DNA of 64,000 nucleotides from Trichoplax sp. H2 (Eukaryota): NCBI GenBank assembly GCA_003344405.1, contig NOWV01000002.1, positions 1,178,001 to 1,242,000 of the forward strand, read 5' to 3'. Shown piece by piece: positions 13,182 to 25,740 of this stretch (position 1 is its first letter; each line of letters starts with the position of its first letter). The notes under the pieces were generated by a model. It saw only the letters and a program-made list of their open reading frames with translations, ran no database searches and was not told where the DNA came from. The position numbers and the translations under genes were made by a program.

Positions 13182-16100
13182 TTAGTGGCTTTTGAAATTG
13201 AAATGAGGCATATGGGGCATAGATACATTCGGTCCCATACTTTTAACAGCACTGATAGCGCGTGCTGGAGCAGCAGTAATTCCAGCCTAAAGAGTTGTAG
13301 TAGTGGTTGATGAATTCAGTGATAAAGTAGAGAGAAAATTTATATGACATTGAACTAACCTCTGATTTTTCTGTCTTGGCCTGAGCATCTAAGTGAGTTA
13401 AAACATCCGTCATATTCGTTTCTAGAACCATTCCTCCCATAACTATTTCAGCCAGGATATAATGCACCTTGAATCATACGAGCATACAGTTGATATTAGT
13501 AACCTTTGCAGGAGTCGATTTGACTTTAATCAAGTTGTAAATTAACTACAAGCGCCTTGATACAAGGGTTACTATGGGAATCAAATTTCAATTTTAAATC
13601 TTTGAAACTGCAAATTGATTCAATTTTATTATTATAGTATGGCAGTAGTATACGCTATTTCAAACCTTATCAATATGGAAGATTAGATCGAGTTCGCATA
13701 CATTTTCAAAGTGTTTGTCCAGTGTTTCAACGAAAACCTTTACATCAATAAGAGCATTTTATTTTTCGATTGCAAACGATGAAAATGAATCCATTGTTAA
13801 TTCGTTTGATTAGTATTTTTCTCATTCAAATTTAGCCCCATGTATAATTGAATATTACGGTGTTAAACTATTGATAAAAACCTGAATTAAATCAAGAATT
13901 CCAAGTTCACTTTCGGAAGAGTCGACGCAAAAGACAAAGTATAAGGTGGCATAGTGTCGATAGATTAATTTGTAACCAGAATCTCCACCTATTAAACTGG
14001 TCGAAATAAAGTTGGATAAGTTATTTTAGACTGGTGCACACCTTCACCTGAGTCAACACTATTCATCTTATTCTTACACTACTCGATGTGCATTAACACT
14101 ATGCAATGGATGCTATAAGAAATTGGAATTGATCAAGTTGAGGTTACCTTCCTCCTTCCAAGAAATTGCAGACGTTGTCATCACGTTTGGATACAAGATG
14201 GTAAGTCTCGCGCAGGATTTGCTGTTGAATTTCTTCACTCTATTCCATTATTCAAGAAAAGGATATCAAAAATGGATGAAAAAAAGCTTCTTTACTAAAA
14301 GTGGACTCGGAATTCTATTGGATGATAGAACGACTACTGAAGCAACTACTGTATCCTGTGAAGCCGTTAAGAATAATGACGAAAGGTTCTTTAATGACAG
14401 AGGACTTTAAATTCTATTGGAGTGATAAAACAACTACTTAATTGACTCCTGTATGCTATAAAGTCGTTCAGCAACACCGTCCTTGCGGTAAAGTGACGAG
14501 TCGAGAACGACTTGATTCCCCTAATGTATTATTGCATTGTTGAAGAAAAGGATATCCAAAATAGATGAAAAAAGGTTCTTTACTGATAGTGGACTTGTCG
14601 TTCTATTGGATGATAGAACGATTACTTAAGCGACTGCTGTATGCTATAAAGTCGTTCGCATCGCCATCATTACAGTTATATGTTATTCCATTATTGAAGA
14701 AAAGGATATGCAAAATACATGAAAAAAGATTCTTTACTAACAGTGGACTTGTCGTTCTATTGGATGATAGAATAGCAAGTGATAGAACAACTTCTTAAGC
14801 GACCGCTGTATGCTATAAAGTCAGTAAGCATCGCCATCGTTGCAGTAAAATGAAGTGACGAGTCGAGAACGACTTGATTCCCGTAATGTATTATTCCATT
14901 ATTGAAGAAAAGGATATGCAAAATACATGAAAAAAGGTTCTTTACTAACAGTAGACTTGTCGTTCTATTGGATGATAGAACAACTACTTAAGCGACTGCT
15001 GCATGCTATAAAGTCAGTAAGCATCGCCATCCTTGCATCAAAATGAAGTGACGAGTCAAGAACGACTTGATTCCCCTAATGTATTATTCCATCATTGAAG
15101 AAAACGATATGCAAAATACATGAAAAAGGTTCTTTACTGACAGTAGACTTGTCGTTCTATTGGATGATGGAATAGCAAGTGATAGAACAACTAATTAAGC
15201 GACTGCTGTATGCTATAAAGTCTGTAAGCATCGCCGTCCTTGCATCAAAATGAAGTGACGAGTCAAGAACGACTTGATTCCCCTAATGTATTATTCCATT
15301 ATTGAAGAAAAGGATATGCAAAATCCATGAAAAAAGGTTCTTTACTAACAGTAGACTTGTCGTTCAATTGGATGATAGAACAACTACTTAAGCGACTGCT
15401 GTATGCTATAAAGTCTGTAAGCATCGCCATCCTTGCTGCAAAATGAAGTGACGAGTCAAGAACGACTTGATTCCCGTAATGTATTATTCCATTATTGAAG
15501 AAAACGATACGCAAAATACATGTAAAAAGGTTCTTTACTAACAGTAGACTTGTCGTTGTATCGGATGATAGAATAGTAAGTGATAGAACAACTACTTAAG
15601 CGACTGCTGTATGCTATAAAGTCAATAAGCATCGCCATCCTTGCAGTAAAATGAAGTGACGAGTCGAGAACGACTTGATTCCCGTAATGTATTATTCCAT
15701 TATTGAAGAAAACGATATTCAAATACATGAAAAAAGGTTCTTTACTAACAGTAGACTTGTCGTTCTATTGGATGATAGAATAGCAAGTGATAGAATAACT
15801 ACTTAAGCGACTGCTGTATGCTATAAAGTCTGTAAGCATCGCCGTCCTTGCATCAAAATGAAGTGACGAGTCAAGAACGACTTGATTCCCCTAATGTATT
15901 ATTCCATCATTGAAGAAAAGGATATGCAAAAATACATGAAAAAAGGTTCTTTACTAACAGTAGACTTGTCGTTCTATTGGATGATAGAATAGCAAGTGAT
16001 AGAATAACTACTTAAGCGACTGCTGTATGCNNNNNNNNNNNNNNNNNNNNACTGCTGTATGCTATAAAGTCTGTAAGCATCGCCGTCCTTGCATCAAAAT

Positions 16101-16469
16101 GAAGTGACGAGTCAAGAACGACTTGATTCCCCTAATGTATTATTCCATCATTGAAGAAAAGGATATGCAAAAATACATGAAAAAAGGTTCTTTACTAACA
16201 GTAGACTTATCGTTCTATGGTATGATAGAATAACTGCTTAAGCGACTGCTGTATGCTATAAAATCAGTAAACATCGCCATCCTTGCAGTAAAGCAAAATG
16301 ATGAGTCAAGAACGACTTGATCGCCCTAAATGTATCCTTGTAAAGCTTCCATACCACTGGAAATGTGCATAATTTGAAGACATGAACTGCATCAACTTAC
16401 GTAATATTCGAAGAACTTCATCAAGCGCGGCTTGCCATGATTATTAAAAATCATTATAGCCCTAATCAT
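13182..16469 (-). CDS. AP3S: AP-3 complex sigma subunit
   Basis: Exons 16469-16401 (MIRAIMIFNNHGKPRLMKFFEYY), 14239-14148, ~13996-13882 (YKLIYRHYATLYFVFCVDSSESELGILDLIQ), ~13737-13666 (VFVETLDKHFENVCELDLIFH), 13467-13360 and ~13286-13182. Strong match to sigma-3. Confidence 0.96.
14241..16330. repeat. ~170-185 bp tandem array (>=10 copies) filling AP3S intron 1; spans N-gap 16031-16050
   Basis: Repeated ..TTATTCCATTATTGAAGAAAAGGATATGCAAAATACATGAAAAAAGGTTCTTTACTAACAG..AAGCGACTGCTGTATGCTATAAAGTC.. units. True copy number is uncertain because of the gap. Confidence 0.95.
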
Positions 16470-17059
16470 GATGGAAAAGGTATCTACGATGGCTGGAGAA
16501 AGACTGCTTGGGGATTCAAAATGGCCAAGAGTGAAAGTGGACGCGTAGTAAAGGATAGCTTGGGCTAGCTGCACTCGCTATATACTGTATGAAACAGTCG
16601 AGAGAATAGGGTGTAATACCAGTAAGCCATTGACAAACAGCAACGCCATAGGCTAGAGCTAGAGGCAGCCGTCGAGCGATGTGTCATCCTTGATCACGCA
16701 TGCCCAGTAGAAAGTCGCCATCGGTGAGGCATTACTATGGAACGCGGAGGAATCCATGGTACCGTATACAGCTTGGGTTGATCAGACGGACGGTGCGACG
16801 ACTGCGGCAGCAGTTCCGCCATTCCAATTTGTCTTCCATTTCAACTTGCAATTTCACTGTTGATGTTGTCGTAGGAGATGCATTTGCTTGAATGAGTTTG
16901 CAAGTAGAAGGAGTTATAGTACAAGTATTGCCTTTGCCTTCAAGTGAGGAAAAGCAAAGGTTAGGTACGGCGATGGCACGGTTTTTGGCCAACGCAACAA
17001 TGCATCTGTTATGATACCAATAATATTAGTTCTAGTTGTAGGGCTGTTCTGCTGCAGTA

Positions 17060-17815
17060 AATCAGCTCTCTCTCGAGCTCTCCAGCTAGGATACACAAGC
17101 CAAGTAGAGGATATTGCAGTCCATTTTTACTGTACTTATGCTCAGTGCACAGCCGTGTATCAATCCAACATAATATTGCTACTACAGTGTCTCAATTAGC
17201 TAACGCAACAATTCATCCGTTACAATCACAAGTAGTTCAAAGTCAGCAATGGTGAACGCTAGGACTGTTCTACTGGAGTAAGCTGTCTCTTTCTCTCTAT
17301 TTATGATGGACATTGCACACTTGTACAGTCGTATAGCCATCGAACAGAACATCGCTACTATACTGTCTCAAATTGGCCAACGTAAGAATTCATCCATTAC
17401 GATATGAGTAGTGTATCAATTGAAATTTAGCCAAAGTTTTGCAACAGCCAACGCTAGAACCGTTCTACTGTAGTAAGCGTTCTCTCTCTCTCTCTAGCTA
17501 TCATGTACAAACAAAGTAGAGGACATTTCAGTCCATGAAGTCCCTGTCTGTAAAAAAGTTCATCGTGTGCATGTACCTAATTACTGTCCTAACGCTCCTC
17601 CGCAGCCATATATATATATCTAATATAACATAGCTACTAGCCTAATACAGTGTCTTTGGCCAATGTAACCATTCATCTGTTAAAATACGAGTCGTGTACA
17701 AATTGAAATTTTTAGCCAAAGCTAGCCATAGTCAACGCTAGAAGTGGTCTACTGAAGCAAGCTTTCTAGAGCTCTAGCTAGGATACATTAGTGAAGTAGA
17801 GGACAATCTAGGCCA
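17060..17815. repeat. Degenerate ~200-280 bp repeat, ~3-4 copies
   Basis: AACGCTAG..TCTACTG..AAGC at ~17255, 17450 and 17734; AAGTAGAGGA at ~17102, 17514 and 17794. Confidence 0.7.
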
Positions 17816-17940
17816 TGACTAAATTGAATACAACATGCGTAATAACAGTACAGTTTCTATCCATCCGACTTGATGAAATGCTTGTCAACTTGATCAAGAA
17901 TCGAGTGGACTGTAGAAGAGACTCGTTTATTCTACTGGAT

Positions 17941-18188
17941 TAATTCATTAATACTCGTAGAGAGGCTGTTCACATTGATTCATTAATACTCGTAGAAAGG
18001 CTGTTCACATTGATTCATGAATACTCGTAGAAAGGCTGTTCACATTGATTCATTAATACTCGTAGAAAGGCTGTTCACATTGATTCATTAATACTCGTAG
18101 AAAGGCTGTTCACATTGATTCATTAATACTCGTAGAAAGGCTGTTCACATTGATTCATTAATACTCGTAGAAAGGCTGTTCACATTGA
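17941..18188. repeat. 35-bp VNTR, ~7 near-identical copies
   Basis: Unit TGATTCATTAATACTCGTAGAAAGGCTGTTCACAT repeated head-to-tail without spacers. Confidence 0.95.
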
Positions 18189-18730
18189 ACACCTAGCTCT
18201 ATAGTATCATGGACTCTACCACATGAGAAGATGATAGAGCCAAAAATGCCATGGCGGAATAGAGGTGGAGGACTGGATTGAAAGCCCAAGAATAGCTACA
18301 GACTAAATTCAGTACTCGTGCTGTTGAAAGACAGTATAACAGCTCTAACAGTAGTCCATGCCCCATACCAAAACACTTCCACCCGAGGTACTAAAGCATG
18401 CAGCCCAGATATTACCCAGTGGAAACCCTGGCTAGCGATTGCAGAAGTAGGCCAGAAGGAGCAATCTACTGTGGATCCACAGGAGTTTTATCCATTCTCC
18501 TGGATTAATCAAGGGTATACACTGTTGTCCTACAACGCCAAATTGTATTCCTAACACTATTGACTCTTATCATAGTAGAATATGCTACAGTTATGACCAA
18601 ATTGTAATTGATAGAGGTATGAAATCGAAAGCTGACGAGACTACACACTAGCTGGACACCAGCCATTTGCTGGGAATACTCTAGTAGAGATGTAACTGAA
18701 ATGCATTTTTATTGCATAGGATCCAAAGCA

Positions 18731-21684
18731 ATGTCATCCAAGAAAACCAAATTAGTAGAAGCAGATCAGACTGCCAATCATCATGGCAGCGATCAACATC
18801 AAATGGAAAAAGATGAGATGACACAAGAAATGGAACATTATCAACGTATCGTGCGAGCTTTCCTATACTACAGGTTAGCATTGACCTACAGCTTGTACAC
18901 TATTTGCATATTCAGACTGTTGTTAATGGATCATCAAGGCGATAAGAATAGTTTTAATCCTCTATTCGACATAGTGCTGAGCTATCATACTGTATATATA
19001 TATACACTATCGATCGGATTAGGGTAATCACGGTACTCTTCATTTAACTTGTATACTGTGTATGATGATAGCAATAATTAAACGACACGACATGGACTTT
19101 TACATTACTTCCTGCCAAGTAATACATGGATAGACTACTGGAGGAGTACAATATTAATGAAGATGATGCAAATTATCAGTTCAGGTCTTCCATTTTGAAA
19201 GGTCCAACCTCCAACAAATGTACACTAACTTGAGTAATGCACGAGATGTAAAGCCATTCTAGACGAGTACATGATCTGGATTTGTTTATACCATCAATTA
19301 GAAATACAGTATGTATGCTTATTTGCATTGGACGGTAGTCAATAAAAGTATAGTCAACACCGCATAGAAGCTGTAATACCATGATATCAACCTAGGAAAT
19401 ACAAGATTATTTTCAACATTATTCCCCCTGTTCCAATGACCATAGCCAAATTGAAACAATTGATGTTATTGCAGGATTCATTCACTCAAAAGGGTGAATC
19501 AAGCTCGGCGATGTTTTACTAGCCTATCCAAAGAAGATCAACAATTGGCTCCTAAATTTACAACCAAATTAGACTTGATCAAGATGGCAATTGGTGTGAA
19601 TTATGATTTTATAAGAACCATTCTGCAAAGAACTCAAAACTTGTTTTTAAACTCTGAAATTTATCAAATGGATGAGGTTATTTCTAGCGTTTATATTAAA
19701 CTCACATATCTGCATTTCTTTTGATCTTGTATCTAGTAAAGATTTATATACAACCACAATATTACGAGTCGACAGCACATCGTAGGGTATCTGAAAGATT
19801 ACATACAACATTATTTATACAACCAAATACAGTAGTTCACATATTCATTGCAACAGATTGTTAGCAGTATCACCCTATAACAAATTAGCACTGTTTGTTC
19901 AAAAACTTCCTTGTTGCACTCTCTTTAGTAATACTATGCGAGGCCATCATACAATTTGAATAACAGTTGCTAATTCAATCTAGCCCATCAAGGTTAATAC
20001 TATAAATGGTGTCTAAGTATTTAAATACTCGTATGTTATCAACCACAGACAGTAAGATCAATACTAGCAGAAATCCAGCCTATCTTATACGCTTACTTTA
20101 ACGTCAATAAACACTATTTCTAGGATGACTTTTATCAATTCGCTATTTTCTGAGCATTGAATCAACCTAGATTCTCACATCACTTTAGACATCCCGTATT
20201 CACCTTGATAGTGCAGCTGACGAAATCCATGTCAGCCATAGAATTTCTACTGTCCCTGAATTTGACATGGAAAAAGTCAAATCAACTATTAAACAATTTG
20301 TTCGAGATTGGAGTAAAGAGGTAAGTGGTACAGCTTTAGTACATAAACGCATTACTACCTGGTGTATAAATTGAAGCCAAATGTCTTGCTAGGGAGAAAA
20401 AGAACGAAATACCTGTTATCTACCAATAATAAACGAAATTCTCCGTCTTTTTCCTCGAGATGATATGTATGCACCCTTCAATTTGAATCAAACTATACGA
20501 TCTGTTGTTAAAGCTAAATACTCACTGAACTATTACAGACAGCCAAATGCTATCAACATTCTGGTCCCTGGTGCTGGCCTAGGTAGATTGGCGTATGAAA
20601 TAGTGAAGTTAGGTACTGTAATAATTAACCCATCTAATTAAACCAAGATGATAGATATCCAAAAAATAAATATCAATTAAATGATTTCATCGTCAATCAA
20701 TTAATCAGTCATTACTATTTATAGGCTACAATTGTCAAGGCAATGAAATTAGCTTGTATATGTTAATAACTTCAAATTTTATTTTGAATAAGTATGAAAA
20801 AAGATATTAATAATCAGAACTATTGCGTTATTTGTAATTTTTCTCGTCAAATGTGTGTATAAAATCCTAATCATGATCTATTTTGGGGGGCATTAAAGCT
20901 GTACTACTACAGAACAATACGTGATCTACCCGTGGGTTCATCAATACTGTAACATTGCTGGATTTGACGACCAGGTTAGAAACATAAAAATCCCGGATAT
21001 GGCTCCTTCAGAGATACCAAAAGATACATCCTTTTCCATGTGTGCTGGAGATTTTTTGCTGGTTTATAATGATCCAGGTAAAAGATTCCTTGCTTAACCA
21101 TCAAATACTTGGCTTGAAAAAATTATTTGTAACACTAATTTGATCATGCATAATCTAGAATGGGACTGCGTTGCAACTTGCTTTTTTATCGATACCGCTC
21201 ACAGCATCATAGCATACATTAAAAAGATATACCAGATATTAAAACCTGGCGGATACTGGATAAACTTGGGTATAAATTACGTCAATGTAACAATTGTAAC
21301 ACACGTCTAATATTGTAGTATAGATTTCTTAAATGATGTCATTTGTACATTAATATTAGGACCGTTACTTTATCATTTTGCTGATATGGCTGGGGAACAA
21401 TCACTTGAACTAAGCTACGAAGAAGTTAAAACTGTAATAGAAAATGTAGGATTTAGCTATGAGGTAATAAGAATATCATTGCAATCACCTCTTGCTTTTG
21501 CCCACCTGATAAAAAAATCGATTTATAAGCGCTTATGATTAATATCGTGCTTTATGCATTGTTATAGAAGGAAGAAAAGGGCATAGTATCAGGATATACG
21601 CAAGATCCAAGTTCCCTAATGACAACTTTGTATCATAATATCTTTTTTATCGTTCGCAAGCCAGAAATTGATCAACAGCAATAA
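18731..21684 (+). CDS. CARNMT1: Carnosine N-methyltransferase 1 (C9orf41/N2227-like SAM-dependent His methyltransferase)
   Basis: Ten exons (18731-18873, 19475-19676, 20189-20320, ~20393-20466, ... to 21684). Motifs [85 protein letters not shown]. Confidence 0.95.
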
Positions 21685-21947
21685 GTTATATATCTTTTGT
21701 CTCCTGCTAATTGTATGTGTTGCCATTAGCAAAATTGAGCCAATCAACAAGGAAAAAAATATTAAAATCTCACAATGAATACGACATATTTCCCATAAAG
21801 TAGCATTTTAATAGATTAGGGTTTTATTAAGGCGATTTTACCTATACATCCAATAGTTTCTACACATCTACATTGTAACAAATACTTCTTAGCATTTTAA
21901 CCTCTTTAACCTAAATAAGGACACTTTCTTACTTATTCTACTGGTAT

Positions 21948-22993
21948 TTAATATTTTCCGCAATGGCAGTGGCAAGAGGAATGAAAGTGCTGCAAACGTA
22001 AATAGAATAATTATTAGTGTATGAAAATAAAAGGAGAACCTGTTAAAAAGGTTCAATTTTATGTTCTTGGTATAAAATATTTGCTAGCAAAATTATTCTA
22101 TCTTCATACCTTTTTAAGGCGATAACGGATGCAGAATGAAATTTTGCGCTTATTAGGTCTAAATCGTCTTGCACATTCTTTGATAATCCATATGATTTTA
22201 CGATCTAATCTAGCAATTAGCTTTCGCAAATGACGTGTTTGTTTCTGCAAAAAAATTTTTGGAAAGCATCACTTTTTGGCGTAAAGAGTTCTACGTAGTT
22301 GTAACTCCTCATTTTAATTGTTCCAGTGAAGAAAAGAGTGATCTCGTTTGTTACTTACACGTAATTTACGAATCTTGCAACGTAAAGCGTGTCTTTGCTT
22401 GCAGCAAGGATGGCGCCATGGCCTGTGATGTGGAGGACGTGGTGGGCGATAGGGTGGACGATGAGGTGGACGGTGTGGTGGACCACCGCGAGCAAAAAGT
22501 TCTTGAGTGCTTGATTTTTCGTCCAAATCACCTTTATTAGGTGATGACTCTGAATTATCTTCTTCAACATCTTCGGAGTTATCGCCGTCATCATTATCAG
22601 ACTCCTCTTCATTGCCTTGAGTATTATCATCGTCATTATCCATTTCATCATCTTCAGCTGTGTCCAGAATATTATCTTCTTCTAATTCTGAAATGACTTC
22701 AGATGCATCTGAATTTTCAAACATTTTAATAACATCTTCTTCAACAAAGTCTTCCTAGATTTTGCAGATAGATTACAGAAAGTGCAGGGTATTCAGATAC
22801 TCTATGATGCTAAAATGATCGATAGTTATCGATAGCAGGCTAGTGATATTACATGATTGTACAATTTTTAAATGCACTATTGCATAAGCTAATAGAAAAG
22901 CTCACATACTGAATAAGTGATGTTCCTTGCGTTTGATAAAGGAAAACGCACACCGATTACAAGAAATAGCAAGATAACTAAAGCTTTGGTCAT
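21948..22993 (-). CDS. Orphan secreted precursor: signal peptide + acidic propiece + cationic Pro/His/Arg- and Cys-rich domain (putative antimicrobial/cytolytic), 218 aa
   Basis: Exons 22993-22910, 22754-22359, 22244-22110 and 21989-21948. All introns are GT-AG, phase 0, and join into one open frame ending HFHSSCHCHCGKY*. N-terminus MTKALVILLFLVIGVRFPLSNA is signal-peptide-like. Confidence 0.85.
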
Positions 22994-23184
22994 GGTAATA
23001 TCGATTCCTGTTAAAAAAACAATCTCATTAGTAAATAGAGATCTAGTTTTATTCCAGCTAAAAGCTTTTCATAACTATAAAATAGCAAAACTTGAATTCA
23101 TTCAACAAGATTACTCAACTAGAAAAGAGCAATTAGTTCAAGCGTGTGAGCTCGCTTAGCGTGAAAATGAGAAAGTATACATAC

Positions 23185-23246
23185 CGTTTCGTGAATTTCC
23201 TCTCTGGAAAAAATGAGGTGATCTGACTGAATACAAGATTTAAATA
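23185..23246 (-). promoter_or_regulatory. TATA-like box + Initiator and short 5'UTR exon of the orphan gene
   Basis: Minus strand TATTTAAA (23246-23239) lies 32 nt upstream of the Inr-like TCA(+1)TTT at 23214. Donor G|GTATGT at 23185/23184 and acceptor AACAG|G at 23008/23007. Confidence 0.55.
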
Positions 23247-24959
23247 AGTTTTTCTCAACATCAGCAATGTCAGTAATTCTAAAATAAAGTCTATATTTGC
23301 ATCTTGTGATATGTAAAATTTGGTAGTCGGTGCGATCGAACTGATCTTTCCCGACATTATCACGCTTTCATCATCCTTATCATCTGACCTTTGCTGGCAA
23401 TTCTCATTTATGGAGAATTTACCTATATCTCATGCCCTAATTGTTCATTCGTAATTTTATTTAATCGTCTAACTGCATTTCTCATCACTAAAATGAGATT
23501 ATTTTTCGTTCGATGGAAGCGTATAATTTACGCAGCTAATTAAGACTTTTATTAAAATTTTTATATTTTCTTTCCAATTTTGATGATTTCGTAGCAGTTA
23601 CCAGTTCGTTTGTATGCAAGAATAGACGACACAAGCTGTGCAATTCCTCACTATCTAAATTAATTTTTTCGTTCAGGATAGTACTATCAAAACCGATAAA
23701 CTTTGCTGTTCACTAAAGTATAACCGTTGATCACATCTTAAATAGTTCATTCAGAATTTATGTAGCTCAATTATTCTTTGGATAGCGTGAACTAAACTGT
23801 CTATATATAGAAGAAGAAACGATGATTTGGCCATGTAATTCTCATTTAGTAGCTAGTTGTAATTATACAGCTGCTTGATAAACCTCTGCTGTGCATGGGA
23901 TATTCTCGTATTCGATATCAAGATCAAAGCATTAACTTGGCTGCTTCGACTTTAACGTAATAATAGGGTAAAATACTTTAAATTGTTACTTCAAATAGCT
24001 GAACTAGCTCTTTAAATTACGTATGCTAAAAAAGGGCATATACGAGTAGAGAGGGAGAAGTAGGAGTTTAGTCATGCTATCACCGATCGATTATAACGCC
24101 TTGAATGACGATTGCGGTAGATAGAATATGTAACTGAGATAGAGGGATAAGTTGGCTGCTAATTTCACAATAATATGTATAAAAATTATTGCATATACGG
24201 TAATAACTCCACGTAAGGACATTATAACTCAGCTAGCATAGTTTACGGAATATACCTGTGTACCCATCATTTTGAATTACTAATCTCTATAACTAAAAGT
24301 TACCTACCGATTGCGTCAACAGAGTCACGATTTGCCGTTCTTTAAAAGTGTTGACAAGCGAATATCGTCAGCATTCCATTTTTATAGCTGTATGAGTACC
24401 CAATTGCTTGTCTAATTTTATAACAAATTTTGCTGACGATTTTTAATCGATTCTGTGAAAACTGTGGTCATCATTCATAAGAGTCATGATATTTTTCCTC
24501 TGACTTTTACGTTGAAGTCAATAAATCATAATTGGCTTAAATAATTATAATCAGTTATTCACTCAATTATCAAGCACTAAATTTTTTACTTTCGGTACTG
24601 TATAAAGCTGAAATCTCTAGAAATTGCATGAGATATTACTTATATTATTTATAATTTCAGAATTTATTTTTGAAATGATGATGGAAATCAGCCAGCTAAA
24701 AATTAATATGCATTATTGCTTTATAGTCTAGATGTAATAATCACCAAATGAAGTTATCCTATTTTTATCAGCTTCATTGTCAACGATGAGTACAGTAACA
24801 ATTATACCAGAATTGATTCGATATAACGAAAATCAATCCAACTATTAAAATAATTTCAATATCTTCCTTTTAGCTTTGGTATACATAAAATTGCCAAGTT
24901 CATAGTTTTGGGCTACTAAGCTCAATCATCCATATGATAGACTACTCCAATACTCGTCA

Positions 24960-25740
24960 TAATATCAGTAATTAGAGCGATTATAAAGTCTGCAAGCCAT
25001 ACTTTCGATTCACGTAGAAATTATAGCACATCTGTGGAAGGAGAGGTTGATCGAAAGACTGCTAAATGATCCTACATGCTTGGGAAATAATTACATCTAT
25101 ACACAAACTACTGTAGTATGGGTAGCATTTTTATTCTCGCACTGGTCATAAAATTAGTATTAGGAGTGACTATAATGTCTGCAAGTTGCGCTTTTCGATT
25201 CATATCGAAATCATAGCAGTCTATGGAAGGAGAGGTTTATCGATAGACTGTGAAATGACCCTATTAGATTCAGCTTTGATTACAACCATACATGAAATAA
25301 TGTTGTAGAGGTATCATTTCTACTTTCCTACTTGTCATTATGTTGTTAATAAGAGCGATTATCAAGTTTGCACACTATACTATCAATTCATGTAGAAATT
25401 GTAATACTCTATCGATGGAGAAGTTTATCGAAAGACTGCGAAATAATTCTACTAGATTTAGAGTGATTAGATCCATGCATGAAATAATGTAGTAGAGGTG
25501 GCATTTCTATTTTCGTACGTGTCCTTATATTCTTAATAAGAGAGATTATCAAGCTTACACATTATTGTCGTTTCATGCAGAAGTTATAAATTTATCGAAG
25601 GAGAGAGGTTGACTGAGAAACTACGAAATGATTAAATCCATACAGGAAATAATGTAGTATCAAGCCTGCACATTACATTTTCGATTCATGTAGAAATGGT
25701 CAAAGTCTATCGAAAGACTGCGAAATGATTCTATTAGACC
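24960..25740. repeat. Degenerate ~190 bp tandem repeat, ~4 copies
   Basis: GAG.GATTAT.AAG...CA..TTCA.G.AGAA and ATCGA.AGACTG motifs recur at ~190-nt spacing. Confidence 0.7.

Noticed and set aside
14123..15728. ORFs within AP3S intron 1
   Set aside because: By-products of the tandem array or antisense to exon 2.
16700..17199. Short ORFs between AP3S and CARNMT1
   Set aside because: Likely divergent promoter/5'UTR sequence; no domain and no in-frame link to CARNMT1.
17941..18188. 35-bp repeats of CRISPR-like length
   Set aside because: Head-to-tail with no spacers, no cas genes, eukaryotic context: a VNTR.
22235..22651. Overlapping ORFs 22235-22540 (+) and 22355-22651 (-)
   Set aside because: Shadow frames of the low-complexity exon 2 of the orphan gene.
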